Of a stretch of DNA of 64,000 nucleotides, positions 45,589 through 58,285 are shown in pieces. The stretch spans positions 62,001 to 126,000 of the forward strand of contig NIVC01001071.1 in NCBI GenBank assembly GCA_002269645.1, given 5' to 3'. The notes below the pieces were generated by a model, which searched no databases, had not been told where the DNA came from, and worked only from the letters and a program-made list of their open reading frames with translations. This DNA is from Macrostomum lignano (lineage: Eukaryota). Positions within the stretch are counted from its first letter, which is position 1, and every line of letters begins with the position of its first letter. Made by a program: the position numbers and the translations under genes.

Positions 45589-48500
45589 GTGACGAGGAAG
45601 CTGGCTGATGACCGCATACAGCGCAGACTCTTGCCGGAGACTGAGTTGGACCTGGACAGAGCACTATCGATCTCCAAGGCGGTGGAGCTGCTGGCAACCA
45701 AGGGCTGCAGATTGATCAAGGGCTCGTCCTCAGGAACTCCACAAGCCGCCTCAGCAGCATCGGTAGACCAAATCAGCCAGACCAATGCGGTACATGTAGA
45801 GACTCGGCGACCAGCGAAAAGGTGTTTCAGGTGCCTGTCAGCAAAACACCTGGCGACGAAGTGCCCTTTCATGAAGAAGGTCGACTGCTTCAAGTGTGGC
45901 AAGATGGGGCACACCGCTTTAGCCTGTCGAGGAGGCGCGGATTCGTCTGGAGCTGAGCCGCCGTCGCAAGTCGCAGCTGTGGAGGAGGACAGACAAGACT
46001 GCGGCTCCCTGAACACTCTGCCCAGTGCAGCTGCCAAGGTCCCGCCGTACTTGTACCTGACCACGGTCCTGCTCAACGGAGTGTCCTGCCATATGGAGTT
46101 CGACACGGGCGCGGCTGTATCGTTGATCCGCTAGGGCCTGTCACGACCTGTCATGCTGGGTGGTGCTCCCGAGCTCAAGAGGACCCCGATTCAACTGCGG
46201 AACTACTGCGGACAGCCGGTCAGCGCACTCGGTCAGATCAGCGTGTCTGCGGAGATTCCAGGTAAAGCCAAGCAGCTCCTTCCTCTTCTAGTGGTATCTG
46301 GATCCGGTTCCAGCCTCATCGGTAGGAACTGGCTGGCTGTGCTGCCGTTGAATTGGGGGAGCGTCAAGCAGCTGCCCGAAGCGTCGGCTCCAAAGGATCA
46401 GCAAGTGCAGAAGTTGCTCGAGAAGTTCAGCCCCGTTTTCTCGAGTGGTCTCGGCTGCTACACTGGTAAACCTCTGAAACTGCGAGTGAAGCCTGGGGCG
46501 CAACCCAAGTTCATGAAAGTGCGGCAGGTGATTTTCGCTTTGAAGTCCAAGGTAGAAGAGCAGCTCAAGGAGATCCAGCAGGGCATCTTGCAGCCGGTCT
46601 CCGATTCGGAGTATACGTCCCCAATCGTGCCGGTTCTGAAGTCGGACGGCGCCGTCAGAATCTGCGCGGATTTCAAGTGCACGGTAAACCAGGACGTGAA
46701 GATGGACTTCTACCCGCTGCCAAGGATTGAGGAGTTGTTCGCTGCAAGCTCCCGGCGGCCAAAAGTTTACCAAGCTGGACCTCAGCCAGGCATACATGCA
46801 GCTTCCGCTCGACGAAGAATCCCAGCGCCTGTGCACCATCAACACCTCGAAGGGTTTGCTGAGGTATACGAGGCTACCGTTTGTAATCTCACCAGCAGTT
46901 TGAATTTTCCAGAGAACAATGGACGGCTTGCAGCAAGACGCACAGCATACGGCAACCTTTATTGATGACGTGCTGGTGACAGGCGCTGACGATACTGAGC
47001 ACCTCGAGAATCTGGAGACCGTCTTGCAGCGCCTGACGGATGCTGGGCTGAAGTGCCGGCTTGACAAATGCCGCTTTATGCAGAACTCGGTGTGCCTATT
47101 GGGGCATCAGATTGACGCCCAGGGCCTGCATCCGATGAGTGACAAAGTCAACGCGATCGTTGACACGCCGATGCCAAAGGACGTCACGTAGTTGCGGAGT
47201 TTCTGGGACCTCCTCGATCGGTCGATTTCTGCCGAATCTGTCCAGTGTGCTGGCTCCTCTGCACCGGCTGCTGGAGAAGGTAACGCGCTGATTCGGCTGC
47301 CGCTGCCGATGAAGTCAGTGGAGATGCCCTCACCGGCTGAGGTAGTGCTGCTCATCGACGCGTTCAATGAGGGACCTGTGACGGCTGCTCAGGTTCGCGG
47401 CTGGACAAGGCGGGACCCGCTGCTCAGTCGAGTGCTGCGGTTTGTTCAAGGTGGATGGCTGGAGCGTCGTCGGCTGGATGCGGAACTGCAGCCGTACGCC
47501 GTCAGGGCGGCAGAACTGAGCCTGGAGGACGGCTGCCTGCTGTGGGGCAACCGAGTCATTTTGCCGGTTTAGGGACAACAAACGCTGCTCGACTGTCTAC
47601 ATTAGAGCCACCAAGGAGCTTCAAAGATGAAATCCCTGGCCCGAGGATATTTCTGGTGGCCGGGATTGGACCAGGACATCGAGCATCGAGACATCGAGCA
47701 TCAAGCATCAAGCCTGCGTCATCAGAACTGTCCGCCGCCAGCCCTTCTGCAGCCGTGGCCGTGGCCGGACAAGCCTTGGTCCCGAATCCACATGGACTAC
47801 GCTGGACCAATCGAGGGAGAGATGCTGTTGGTGCTAGTGGACGCTCATTCGAATGGATTGAAGTCCACATTTGCCAGTCCGCACCAGTGCTGCCACAGTC
47901 GATCGGCTCAGGACTTTCAGTCAGTTGAGATTGCCGGAGGTAGTGGTGAGCGACACCGGGCCGAATTTCGTGAGCCAAGAGATGAGCAACTGTTTGACCA
48001 GCAACGAACGGCATCCGGCGCATCAAGGTGTCTCCATATCATCCATCGTCCAACGGATTGGCCGAGCGAGCGTCCAGACGGTAAAGGCGGCCCTGGCGAA
48101 GGGGCAGCCCGCGTCCCTGCAGTTCCGGCTAGCGCGGTTCCTGTTGACCTACCGGATCACTCGGCACAGCACAAAACCGGCGCTCCACCCTGCCAGCTGA
48201 TGATGAGCAGGCAGCTGCGGACGCTTCTAGACATCCTGCGGCCCGACGTCTCTGTTACAGTCAGGCGCAGCCAGGATTCGCAAAAGAAGTACCACGACCT
48301 GCGAGCCAGGGATCGCAACTTCGAAGAAGGCGACGGTGTCCTGGTACGCGCCTTCACTGGTCCGGAGAAGTGGGCGCCAGCCTTCATGAGCCGCCAGACC
48401 GGGCCGCTGTCCTACGAATGCCTCCTGCCCGACGAGCACGTTGTGCGGCGGCATGCCGATCGCCTGGTGCCGGCGGTCATCAAACCTGAGCAAGCGGCAG

Positions 48501-48595
48501 GATCGGGCCAGTCAGGCAGAGGTAGGGCGGTGCCACTCCTGCTGTGGCGTTCGGAGAGGACCACAAAGGCACCGGATAGACTGACCTACGAGTGA
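45589..48595 (+). pseudogene. Gypsy gag-pol pseudogene (gag C-terminus with two CCHC knuckles, protease, RT, integrase; RNase H deleted)
   Basis: CFRCLSAKHLATKC, CFKCGKMGHTALAC, EFDTGAAVS, PIVPVLKSDGAVRICADF, FIDDVLV, WPDKPWSRIHMDYAGP; stops at 46132 and 47189 plus frameshifts. Confidence 0.93.
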
Positions 48596-48833
48596 AATAG
48601 ATCTGACAGTGACCTTGATTGTTTTTTGGTGGTGGGGTTTTCTTTTTTGTTGCAAGTTCTGTTGCTTTTGTCTTGGCATGGAGGGACGTGGTAAACTTGG
48701 CCTGCGTGCGCGCCGGGGGCGGGTGCTGGGTTAAGTTGTTTTGATGTCTCTCACTCTCGCTGAATGTACTTGCTAGCGAGGGTTGGGGGTTAGGGTGAGT
48801 CAGGCGATCGATAATAAATACAGCTATGTCTCA

Positions 48834-49005
48834 ATTCCTCCCACAGTGCCCCAATTCCTCCCACAGTGCCCCAGTTCCTCCCACAGTGCCCCAATTCATC
48901 CCAAAGTTCCCTTATTCATCCCACAGTGCCCCAGTTCCTTCCACAGTGCCTCAATTTTATCTCTAAAGTGCCCCAATTCATCCCAAAGTTTCCCAATTCA
49001 TCTCG
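48834..49005. repeat. 21-bp minisatellite (ATTCCTCCCACAGTGCCCCA...)
   Basis: Tandem array abutting the 3' LTR. Confidence 0.9.
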
Positions 49006-50516
49006 TAGTAAATTTCTGTCTTTATTCCGACAATCTCTTTCTTTAACTTCGTGAAATGAAGAACGCTAGAAGCCGCTATCAACAAAGTTTGAGAATGCCA
49101 GGGTCTGATTAAAGCGTTGTTGCTGATTCTAGTTCACTTTATTGGTTCACAGAAAAAATGATAAATAAATATTGGATTATTCGTCGGGCCATTGATCAGC
49201 TGCTTTTAATAAAGAGAAATTTTAATAACAATGTTAACAGTTAAAACAGCTAGAGCTTTGCACAAAACAGACAAATCTTAGAAATGTAAGTATAGGTGGA
49301 TTACAGCTAACACAGAAAATATATAATACCGAATGTTAATTAACAGTAGCGATCACACGATACCAATTAAATTAAAATCTATCAGCTGCTGCAGAATAAA
49401 CTCGAAAGCCAACACACAACAACAGAATTATGTCATTCCGGAAAAAAACACACAGTTTTATAAGACAATTATCTAGCGGGGTTTATCTTTGACATAGGAG
49501 AAAATCCCAAATTAAACGAGACCACTGAGAATTTGTAGCTAGCTGAAAAACTTTTCGCAGCGAAAAAAAAGTATTTTTAGTTCAACTACAAACGTCTTTT
49601 CAGCGCTGTGTATAACTTAGTTTGTACTTTTGATTAAGTTAATTTAAACAAAATTATTAGTTAAATATTTCGCAGCATATAACACCGACATAATAAAATA
49701 TAATGCTAAGCGCGTAATTACTACACATGTGTAACTAGTACGTAGTACATAGCTATAATAAAAAATAATAATAGAACACAGCGAAATTCACTCAAAGCTA
49801 GAAATCACAGATAATTAAATCACGTGCCTTATTTCTTAGTTTTTAGAAAGAGGTTTTCTGGGCAATTTATCTTTGTTAATCTGTTTAGTATATTCTTTTG
49901 TGGAGGAAGATCGCTACTTATAAATAAAATTTATTCTATGACAGGAATTTTTAAGCGTATAAATGCACACGAAAACAGGGATAATATAACACGATCACTT
50001 GTAGAATATAGTTTGTAATAAAGCATTTGATATAAATTTATTGGACAAAAACAGACAAACACACGGCAATACGAAAAGTAAATTCGATTAAATTACTCTA
50101 GCCGATGGCGGCGGCAAAGCGATGATTTCGTAATATTGATATCAAGACAAACAACAACGAAAAATGTATATACGCTGTGATGTCGAACACAAAGCTAAAA
50201 TTTCACTGACCAAAAGATATTGTAGTTTCGTTTCATTTAAATGGAACGTTGAACGAATAGAATTTTATAGTCATCAAATCATAGTTCGCTGGATAATGCG
50301 AGCTGTGTAATTATAATGTTTGCATAGCTATTGATTTCAAATATATGGGTCCTTTGCGCGTAGGACTGCTAATTAAAGTACTTTAAATGATTTAAAATCA
50401 CTATTAGACTTCTTTTTTCCACTTCGCCCAATTTAATAAATCATTTCCAATTCTCGTAATCAGAACTTCTGGGTCAGGATCGATCGTCAAACAAAAAACT
50501 CGTCGTTTCTCACAAT

Positions 50517-53500
50517 TCAGGGTTGACCAGCGGCTTCAGCTTCTTTCTTCTTCTCGGCGTCGGTTGTGCCAGTGGCCGCCTGCTGCTGCTGCTTGGTGTC
50601 GTGCAGCTTCTGGTAGCTCAATGATCCGGATAGCGGCATCTTTTCGGATTGCTGCTGCAGTCGTTCGGCGTTCTCGCGGCTGTTGCGCAGGCCGTAGGTG
50701 AAGTAGATCACCAGGCCGATGGCTAGCCAGACAAAGAAGCGAATCCAGGTAAGCGCTTGCAGTTTCATAATCAGCGCGATGTTCAGCGAGATGGCCAGAC
50801 ACGGAATCAGCGGGACCACCGGGACCTGGGTGAGGAGTTTGTTATGAAAAATAGAGAGTTATTTAAGAGGTCTTAACTTCTGTCACTTAAATGCTGTAAT
50901 TTTACATTATTACTAAGAAGAGCATGCTTATGTACATGTAGCGCTTAAATTATGTCATTTTCATCCCTCTTATGAACTTTATTGACATCAACTTTTTGAC
51001 TCTCGTGTCCCTGGTAATTCGCAAATTGACACTTTGCGTTATAGGTGTTGACTCTTATGTTAGAGGTAATTGTGTCAGCACTCTCCAAGCATCGACCAAG
51101 TAAGCATTTTTTAGAAATAAATTGGAAGACCTCCTTGCACTTCTTCACTTTTCACTCATAGTATAGTACAGACATTTTACATGTAATATCACCCCGTATG
51201 ACATTCTGACGTCCGCCGACGCTACCGACATACCCGACGTCGATAGCTAGACGTCTATGTCAAACGGATACTTTTACTTTTAATTATAATTTAATAATGT
51301 TGCTGTAATGTGACTTTCGTACGTATTTAGCTAATTAATTGTTTTTCGCCGTCTCTGATACTTTTTACTGACGTCGACTAAACATCGGCTTAATATAAAA
51401 GTACTCAATTTCCATTGCCGTAGCAGGACGTCGAGTTGTAATACGGACATTAATCAGTAAGTTTTTTTATAATAAAATCAAATCTAACCTTGAAAGTTTC
51501 AATATCCTTGTCCTGCTCGTGGACCAGCATGACGAAGAATCCAAACAGAATTACAATGATAAAGAAGATTAGCAGCAGTACGGCCAGTGGATGACCACGG
51601 CTCAGATCAGCCAGGCCGATGTTCACCGTCAGGCTGGCACCGATGATACCAGCGATGATGACCAGCAGGGCGATGATCGGCCCGATGCCGGGGTTCATGC
51701 GGCGCAGCACGGGGATGTTGCGAAAGTAATATTTCAGCCGGCCGATGTTCTCTCCGAGCTGCGAGGTCGGGCCGCCGCCATCGCCGCCGCCGGCACCGGG
51801 TCGATTGACGCCGCCAGCGTTGCCAGCCTTCCCGTCGGCATCGAGACAGCCATCGCTGATGCGTCGTCGATCGTCGGCGGCGTCGCCGCAGATGCTGGCC
51901 TCGTCTACCTCGGTGGCTGTGTCCTGGCCGGCGTCGATTGGCGGATAGTTAGCCATCTGGGGCCGGAGGTAGCGCAGGATGATGACGTTGCAGGCTACAA
52001 TGCTGTAGGCGATCAGGGTTCCAATCGATAGAAAGTCGGCCAAAGCTTCGATGTCCAATAGGAAGGCCAGGAGAGCGGCTAGAAGGCTAGTGGCTATAAT
52101 GGCCACGATGGGAACTTTGGTCACGGGTGTAACGTAGGCCAACTGACGGAAAAGGAGCCCGTCGGTGGCCATCGCATAGACAACGCGCGGCATGGCATAG
52201 TTGTTGCAGTAGAGTGCGGCAACGATGCCAGTGATGGAGCCGATTCCCGTGATGATCATGGCCCAGGGCAGCTGCCGGTCAGCCAAGGCAGACGTAAACG
52301 CCGCTTTCTTATCGATGAGCTCCCAAGGTTGAAACAGGGTCAAAGCGGCGCTAGCCAACACCAGCAGGATTGTGACAACCAATACTGACACTCCGGTAGC
52401 TATCGGCAGCGACTTCTGCGGCGTCTTGGCCTCCTCCGACGACACACTGATTGCGTCGAAGCCAATGAACGCGTAGAAGCAGGTGGCCGCTCCTGAGAGC
52501 ACGCCGGAGAAGTGGTAGGGCATGAAGGCATGGCTGCTCCAATTGGCGGTGTTAGCCAGGCTAAACATAATTCCGGTGGTGAACACTAAAATTATAACGT
52601 TCAACGAAGTGGTCACCGTGTTAAAGTGCTTGGACAGGTTGGCGCCAAGGCTGAGGATCACGGCCACGATTAGGACCAGTAGAACGGACATAAAATCCGG
52701 GTAGTACGAGATTAGGTAATCATCAGAGGTAGTGTTCGGTGCCTGCGTGTAGAATGTTCCGATATGCTTGATAGTCCAGTTGCTGACGCTGTCTGAAGTG
52801 AGAGCGTCTAAAGTGCCGCTGAATCCGCGGGCGATGCTGGCTGCGGACAGAACGTACTCCAGTATGATGCTCCAACCGATAACGAAGGCTGTGGAAAGAA
52901 ACAGCGAGCTTCTAGTTTTATCTAAATGATCCAAATATGCAGCCGGATTATGGAATTTATAGTATCTTTACAATTTCAACAAGGTCTAACTTAAAATAAT
53001 ATTTGCTCGACGACATACCACGTCATACCACGGTAGGAGACTGCAGGGGATTGTGAAGTAGGGTGGGTGCCATCAAAGGAATGAGACAACCTTTGTGAGG
53101 CGCGTGAGGGCACTTGACTAATTTCAATTAAGAAAATTAGCCAACTTTTAAGGTCTTCTTTGTATCAATATTTCTTTTACCAACAGAGTGCGAATAGCTT
53201 GATGCAACTCACCAAGAAATTCGCCGGTAGCCACATACGTGTAGCTGTAGGCGCTCCCAGCTTTGGGCACGCGGGAGCCCAGCTCAGCGTAGCATAGGCC
53301 GTTGAGAAAAGCCGTGAACCCGGCAATCAGGTAGGACAGAAAAGTGGCTGGTCCGGCCTTCTTTTTCACTACTGTACCTGTTAGAACGTAGATACCGGCG
53401 CCGCACATGTTTCCAACCCCGAGCAGGATGAGATCCATTGTGCTCAGGCAACGGTTCAGCGGAGTGGACATCATGTCCCGGTCCACCGGTTTGGTTCTGG

Positions 53501-53540
53501 TCATGGCCGTCCATAGACGCTGAACGCCTAGAGGCACCAT
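50517..53540 (-). CDS. SLC7A4: Cationic amino-acid transporter, SLC7A/CAT family, most like CAT-4 (3 exons: 53540-53213, 52888-51489, 50825-50517; 678 aa)
   Basis: LNRCLSTMDLILLGVGNMCGAGIYVLTG, CYAELGSRVPKAGSAYSYTY, AFVIGW..LEY, FYAFIGFD...EEAK, FKVPVVPLIP, WIRFFVW. Canonical splices with matching phases give 2037 nt in total. Orthology within SLC7A1-4/14 is by eye only. Confidence 0.92.
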
Positions 53541-56160
53541 GCTTCGTTTGAACTGGAGCGAACTAGAAGTGATTTTTTTCGGAATAATCAATCGCAAGGG
53601 TGATAAATAGTGTGGGAGAAGCTAAGGGAAGGATCTGAGGACGTAGGCTACCGATAGCAAAAAGGAAATGAGGAAAAATCTGCTTTCCGTCTTTATGCGT
53701 CTCCCCGCTATCCAATAACTGGGTTAAAGCCAAGGATGGAAAATGAATCCAAGACGGGCTCAAGTCACACCAATGCACACCGCCTTCACCCTTATTTATA
53801 TACTTGCTAGCGGCTAGAGAGTGCCTCGTGAATATTTATTACAGAATTGCATGACATAGTTTCCAGACCATGCCTGGCTTGTTTAGATCAAATATGATAA
53901 GTTAGATAGTTTTCTTTCTGTCGTTTCGCATCAAAAATCAAATTTTACAGTGAATACTATTGACTGGATTTTCAAAGAATAAATGCAGGTACAAGGACCG
54001 TTGAAGAGACCGGCATACGTTCCCTACCGACCTCCAGCTTATTTCTAAAAAACCCAATGTAGCCTCTTTCTACTAGCCTCTTTCTTCTAGTTCTGCATGT
54101 ACGACTCCTCGTACAGGTAGTTGATTTAATCAAGCAGCGCTTACCTTGTTTATAAACTATCGATCTCGATTTGCCTCAGTATTGAACGAGTTTTCAATTA
54201 TTTTTTGGCTTTGACTGCAGTACAAGTCTAGACAAGAGTCTAAACAAGAGTCTAGACAAGAGACAAGGGGGAGAATTATTAGTTCAGCTCGTGATTTTAA
54301 TGTCCGATCGAAGGGACAGCGCGGGGAGACATGCGAGTGCAGCGCAGCAACTAACTGGGGATTCGCGCACACACTCTCTCTGGGATGGAGCAGGAAGTAC
54401 TCTGCAGGATTTGGAAGGGATGAGGTCCGGAGGGTGAACGGAAAGAGAGAAGGAGGGAGTTGGGGTTGGATTCCTGCGATGGCAGAGGTTCCTCGACTCT
54501 TTTCTCGTACCGTACATTCGCGCATGCTTCCCTAGGGTGGGCAAGGCAAGGGTTGAATGCACATGTACACACTGCGGACATACACCTTGAGACTATTCCC
54601 ATGTTTCTTGTCATCCTCTCCCGCCCTCGCATCTAGCAGGCAAGCCTGAGCCGAGACTCTGGGACGAAAAAGCAATAGGTTATCAGGCCCCGCGTGCGCG
54701 CGGATATGCATGAAGCAGCGCGGGTGACTGGAGAATGGGGAAGGATAGACAGATAGGCATGGGCAGGAGTCCTTCCAGGGGCAGAGAGTCCGATCCCCTA
54801 TAGCGGGTGGGAGAGGAGAGAGAAGAGAGGAAAAGGGGAGATCGATAAAGTTGATTATTGAAATGAAAAAATGCGCGCTGCAGAGACTTGGAGAGCATGG
54901 GGTGGTTGGCTGAGGATAGAGGACTACGCGTGCTCCGGCGATGTCAAGAGCAAGCGGCCCCTCTTTTTCTTCTACAGCCATGGGATTTGGACACAACGAG
55001 GCTGGCAGGGCAAACCAAGAAGGGGGAGATAAAGGGATAGAAAATCTACTGACTCTTATCCAAAGCTATTCCCAAGCGATTGGCAGCCTTCCAACAGGGC
55101 TGAACTGAAAGGGAAGCAGAGCTTTGCCATATTCTGACACGATTCTAATCTTTCTCTGCAACATTGCAACTGACAAATTGCAGCCTCTAATCAGTAAAAA
55201 AACATCCTCTGTATGTGTCCATGTTGTGGTAAAATTTAATTCATTAACTTCAAAGAAAAATTATTTCACTTTGAAATCTGGAACTTTATGTGGAATGCGC
55301 TCTCCGTAGCTACGATGAAACGTTCAAGCAGAAGTAAAAATCTCAGATTAAATCTCAGAGATGTTCAATGAAGCTCAACAAAAGAGATCTTGAACAGCAT
55401 CAGGATAATTACATCCTTGATTGCATGACCCGGCAGACTTTAATTGAACCGAAAAGCAAGTGATAATTGCATGAAATCTCTCGACACATGGAGCCGAGGA
55501 ATTTCGGCCTAGTCAGGGTCAGCTACTTTCTTATTTTTTGCCAAGCAAAAGCAAAATTGAAGCCCTCAAAGATCCAGTTTAATCCTGCTGGATTTATAAT
55601 CAGCGAATTCCTTAGAGCCTGACTTTGATGGCGCCTTTCTAGCTTAATGAAAACATCTGCTTAACTTCAAATCGGAAACCAATACAATTTCCTCTCAATT
55701 GCAGATTATAAGTGTAAGATTTTTATCAGACTACTACACGAGTGCCTTGGACAAGTAGTATGCTTGGTGAATTTAAACTGTCCAAATTAAATTACGCAGG
55801 CAAAAGATGAGTCCTTGCATGATTCGAAGTAGCCTATGCATTGATGTGAATTCTAAACATGTTCCTCAGAATTCCTTCTTGATTGCATTGATGGCAAATC
55901 CATGCTTATCCATCGAATCTCCCAGCTTAATCATATCAGTTCCTCACGAATTCCTTCTTGATTGCACTGACAAATATCTTAATCCTTCAGTCCCATGTGC
56001 GAGGCAGAACTGCTTGATACGAGGTGAACAGAAGGACACCATAAACAAAATATTTTTACCCAGGACAGGAAGTCTATGGGGAAAACTAATTTCCTTGCAT
56101 ATCTACGTAATTGAATATTTTTGCAGAGCTGCGACACTTTCTGGCTAGAGCAAAAATATA

Positions 56161-57725
56161 GCATTTCCCTGTCAATTTGGTCCTAGAATCACTCAATTTA
56201 ATCCGCAATAGAGAATTCCGATTCATTCCGCCGTCACTAGAGATATTTCTATGGCCAAATATGCTGTTTCGTTCCACTCAATTTAATCATCGGGGCACTT
56301 ATTTCGCGTATTTATTTTAAAAGCCGTTAATAAGCAAGAATGAGTGACTCGGGAAAGTAGCGCCAGCTTTGTCACTGCTGACGGAGAAGGAAATCAGGGG
56401 CGCGGACCACATGCGAAAGTCGGCAATGAGAGGTACCGTCTCATCGTGCAAGCTCTTGAGCGTGGAGAGACTCCATCGTCGATTGCTCAATATGGCTAAA
56501 CATGAAAATTCGAACGGTATACTCAATAAGAAGGCGATACGAAACCACTGGCCACCAAAATCGTCTTCCCAGAGGCGGCTTGTGACACGAAAAACTTGGA
56601 GAGATGCACACAAACACGCTGCTGCAAATGTTGGAGGAAAATCCACTTTTAACGCTGAGTCAAATGCAACATGAGCTTCAACAATCTCATGGAATGGAAG
56701 TTAGCAAAAGTACGATCGCTCGGAAGCTCGACAAGCAATTGTTTACGATGAAGTGCTTGGTAAGGGACGCAGATGTGTCAGCAGCCAGGAACAGCCCCGA
56801 AAACATTGCAAGGAGGCGTGAGCATGCCGAATGGCTTCTAGGTCTGCCAGCTGATTGCCATTTGATTTACGTCGACGAAACAGGTTTTAATCTGTAGACG
56901 CGACTTAGTCAAGGCCGCAGCAGACGGGGTCAACGAGTGCGCCGAGTTGTTGATACACAACGCAGTGTCCAAGTGAACATTTTTCAAGCTATATCCCCGC
57001 ATCTTGGCCTACTGCACCATGGGATTATTGCCGAGACAATGACTGCTCAAAGGTTTCAGGGCTGCATCGATCGATTGGTCGCAAACGTTAGTGCTCGCAA
57101 TGATGTACGTCACCAGCAGCAGTTCTACGTCGTAACGGGGCCAGATTTCACAACGAGGTTCAAATTCCGGCGATAAACCCAGTGGAATCTGCTCACAGCT
57201 GTTTAAAAGCCGCAATCAAGCAGCAGCTGGCGCTTCCGGCAGTCAAAGTCGAGCTAGATGGTCCACCTCCACAGATGACTCTGTGTCAATGGCGAATCAC
57301 TGTGCTGATCCGGATCGCCCAAGAATCAACTGGCGTGGTTACGGCTGCGAAATGCGGCGGATGGGACCGCCAAATGATGCGCTTTATCCCTAGATGCATT
57401 TTATAACTTTTATGATGTTGTTTCTGATGCCTGTTCAGGTTTCCTTTTTTATTGCTGTTACTGTTTTCCTTATTTTGTTTTGTCGACTACATTATGGTAA
57501 ATTTATTCCAGCTTCATTCTGAACAACTTAATGCTTCAATCTCTTTTCTTTAAAAGTAAGAGCTTTTAAAATAAATACGCGAAATAAGTGCCCCGAGGAT
57601 TAAATTGAGTGGAACGAAACAGCATATTTGGCCATAGACTTATCTCTAGTGACGGCGGAATGAATTGGAATTCTCTATTGCGGATTAAATTGAGTGATTC
57701 TAGGAACAAATTGACCGGGAAATGC
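56161..57725 (+). mobile_element. IS630/Tc1-like DNA transposon with 164-bp TIRs, defective
   Basis: TIRs 56161-56324 and 57562-57725 nearly perfect; TA on both sides (56159-60, 57726-27). Confidence 0.92.
56340..57406 (+). pseudogene. IS630/Tc1-family transposase, frameshifted and internally deleted
   Basis: HTH (TVYSIRRRYETTG..LPRGG), EENPLLTLSQM, VSKSTIAR, IYVDETGFNL, NPVESAHSCLK; the DN...PPYSP segment is degraded or missing. Confidence 0.82.
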
Positions 57726-57964
57726 TATTTTGACATTTTGCTGGAAATTACACTCGTAGCTGCTTCCAATCAACTGCAGAGCTGACTTTTACTTAAACGA
57801 GGTACTTAAGGAGAATATTAAAGTCTCACAAGTTGCCTAATATAGACATTTGGTTGTACACCTTGTCAAATAGTCTAGCCAATGAGTGTTATTCTTACCA
57901 AGACTGTCAATGTGTTATTCCCGACTTGCTTGCCTGTAACTGTATGCGTTATGTCCAATGTGGT

Positions 57965-58285
57965 TGTATTGTTAACTAACTGTGTTATTGTCTAATTGTT
58001 GTATTGTACCAACTGTATGTGTTATTGTCCAACTGTGCTTGTATGTCCAACTGTATGTGTTATTGTCCAACTGTGCTTGCTGTACTGTATGTGTTATTGT
58101 CTGAACTGTGCTTGTAATGTACAAATGTATGTGTTATTGTCCAACTGTGCTTGTAACTGTACAAATGTATGTGTTATTGTCCAACTGTGCTTGTAACTGT
58201 ACAAATGTATGTGTTATTGTCCAACTGTGCTTGTAATTGTACAAATGTATGTGTTATTGTCCAACTGTGCTTGTTATTGTCAAAC
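57965..58285. repeat. 40-bp minisatellite (TGTATGTGTTATTGTCCAACTGTGCTTGTAACTGTACAAA)
   Basis: Period 40 (58141 to 58181). Confidence 0.94.

Larger units (their letters stand above)
44123..48833 (+). mobile_element. Gypsy LTR retrotransposon, defective; 5' LTR split by an insertion
   Basis: 5' LTR TGTGGTAACTTGG... (44123-44197, resuming at 45430) matches the 3' LTR (48687-48833); PBS-like TGGTGACGAGG at ~45587; purine tract before the 3' LTR. Confidence 0.9.

Noticed and set aside
46132-46134. In-frame TAG between gag and pol frames as programmed readthrough
   Set aside because: It lies inside the protease, just after the DTG motif, and the element has many other lesions; a simple nonsense mutation is more likely.
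51193-51446. Small MITE in SLC7A intron 2 (CCGTAT..GACGTCC inverted pair)
   Set aside because: Only ~21-bp imperfect inverted repeats and no identifiable TSD.
54150-56100. Cluster of short ORFs upstream of SLC7A
   Set aside because: No recognisable motifs or consistent splice pattern; probably decayed repeat or UTR sequence.
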